From a virus (taxonomy: Duplodnaviria > Caudoviricetes): a stretch of DNA of 55,746 nucleotides. Position numbers and translations under genes: made by a program. Position 1 is the first letter of the stretch, and each line of letters begins with the position of its first letter. The stretch spans positions 1 to 55,746 of the IMG/VR virus record IMGVR_UViG_3300030108_001317; one strand, 5' to 3'. The notes below the pieces were generated by a model, which saw nothing but the letters and a program-made list of their open reading frames with translations, searched no databases and had not been told where the DNA came from. Positions 55,153-55,746 of this stretch are shown here, one piece after another.

Positions 55153-55744
55153 CTAAACCCTCACTATATAAATTGTTAAAAGTTATTGCGGGGTCTGTAT
55201 AACTCTGATGACCCTCTGCCGAATGAAGATATTGAGATGGTGTAAAATCTGGTGCACCTTCTCCTGTTCTCCACAAAGCCGGACTTGTTGCTCTTACTCT
55301 ATTATTAGGCAAAGCCACTATGTTTCCTTGCCATTCACAATCCTCTGTAATATATAAAACATGAGACTGTTTATGTTGGTCAGGACTGTCTGCAATATCA
55401 TTATCTGTATAGTCAACAGTAAATAAATAACGACTTTGATAAAATTCATTATTAATTTTTGCTATCCAAGGACTAGAACTGACTCTGTCCATAACAATAA
55501 CTGAGTGATTTCTTGATTCACAATCCCAAGGTTGCACTAAATGGTCTTCCATACGGTCAGGAAATTTTTCCATAGCCATATCAAAAACTAATGCTTGTAT
55601 GGGCATTCTTGCCCACATAGCACCACCATGTACGTTTTCTAATCCATCATCTAAGTCTATTTCGCATCCAGTAAAAACTACTTGAAAACTTAATGACCTA
55701 TCAGTAATTGTATTAACTGCTATTGCTAATGCGTGTATATATTC
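55136..55744 (-). CDS. Conserved phage hypothetical, 5'-truncated by the window end
   Basis: Frame stays open to the edge; GGAMWARMPI.A, QPWDC, YLFTVDY, QHKQSH, ALPNNR. Confidence 0.65.
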   Translation of the reverse strand, partial: EYIHALAIAVNTITDRSLSFQVVFTGCEIDLDDGLENVHGGAMWARMPIQALVFDMAMEKFPDRMEDHLVQPWDCESRNHSVIVMDRVSSSPWIAKINNEFYQSRYLFTVDYTDNDIADSPDQHKQSHVLYITEDCEWQGNIVALPNNRVRATSPALWRTGEGAPDFTPSQYLHSAEGHQSYTDPAITFNNLYSEGLDEEEE

Positions 55745-55746
55745 AC

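Noticed and set aside
154-55156. Numerous opposite-strand ORFs in the track (e.g. 5941..6291, 25185..25694, 54385..55053)
   Set aside because: Antisense shadows of well-supported genes.
1-55746. tRNA, tmRNA, rRNA, integrase, DGR/retron reverse transcriptase
   Set aside because: No recognisable signatures by eye; tRNAscan-SE/ARAGORN were not run.

Overview
About 55.7 kb of an AT-rich tailed dsDNA phage with a podovirus-like head/tail gene set, most likely marine and infecting a Gram-negative proteobacterium (inferred from CsgG/CsgF and lipoprotein signals). Both ends cut genes. Layout: (i) 1-15.1 kb, minus strand: TerS, LexA-type HTH, TerL, portal, GroES, scaffold, major capsid protein, adaptors, tail proteins. 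(ii) 15.2-23.4 kb, plus strand early region: sigma70-like promoter, ~590-nt structured non-coding leader, variant hammerhead ribozyme, MoxR AAA + metallopeptidase/VWA module, many small ORFs. (iii) 23.3-31.3 kb replication/recombination: primase-helicase, candidate origin, PD-(D/E)XK exonuclease, Sak-like annealase, SSB-like protein. (iv) 31.5-55.7 kb, minus strand: ejection proteins including a 2666-aa polyvalent protein with a zeta-toxin-like kinase, tail nozzle, lysozyme/holin, a csgF-csgG-curlin-FecR-CHASE2 adenylate cyclase cassette, a thermonuclease and very basic small proteins. I recognised no DNA/RNA polymerase, integrase, tRNA or CRISPR array. Top candidates for new biology: the curli-pore/FecR/cyclase cassette coupled to the lysis genes; ten copies of the palindrome TATTGAACGTTCAATA (BetI-operator-like); the early ncRNA/hammerhead set. 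All family assignments come from motif recognition by eye; no searches were run.
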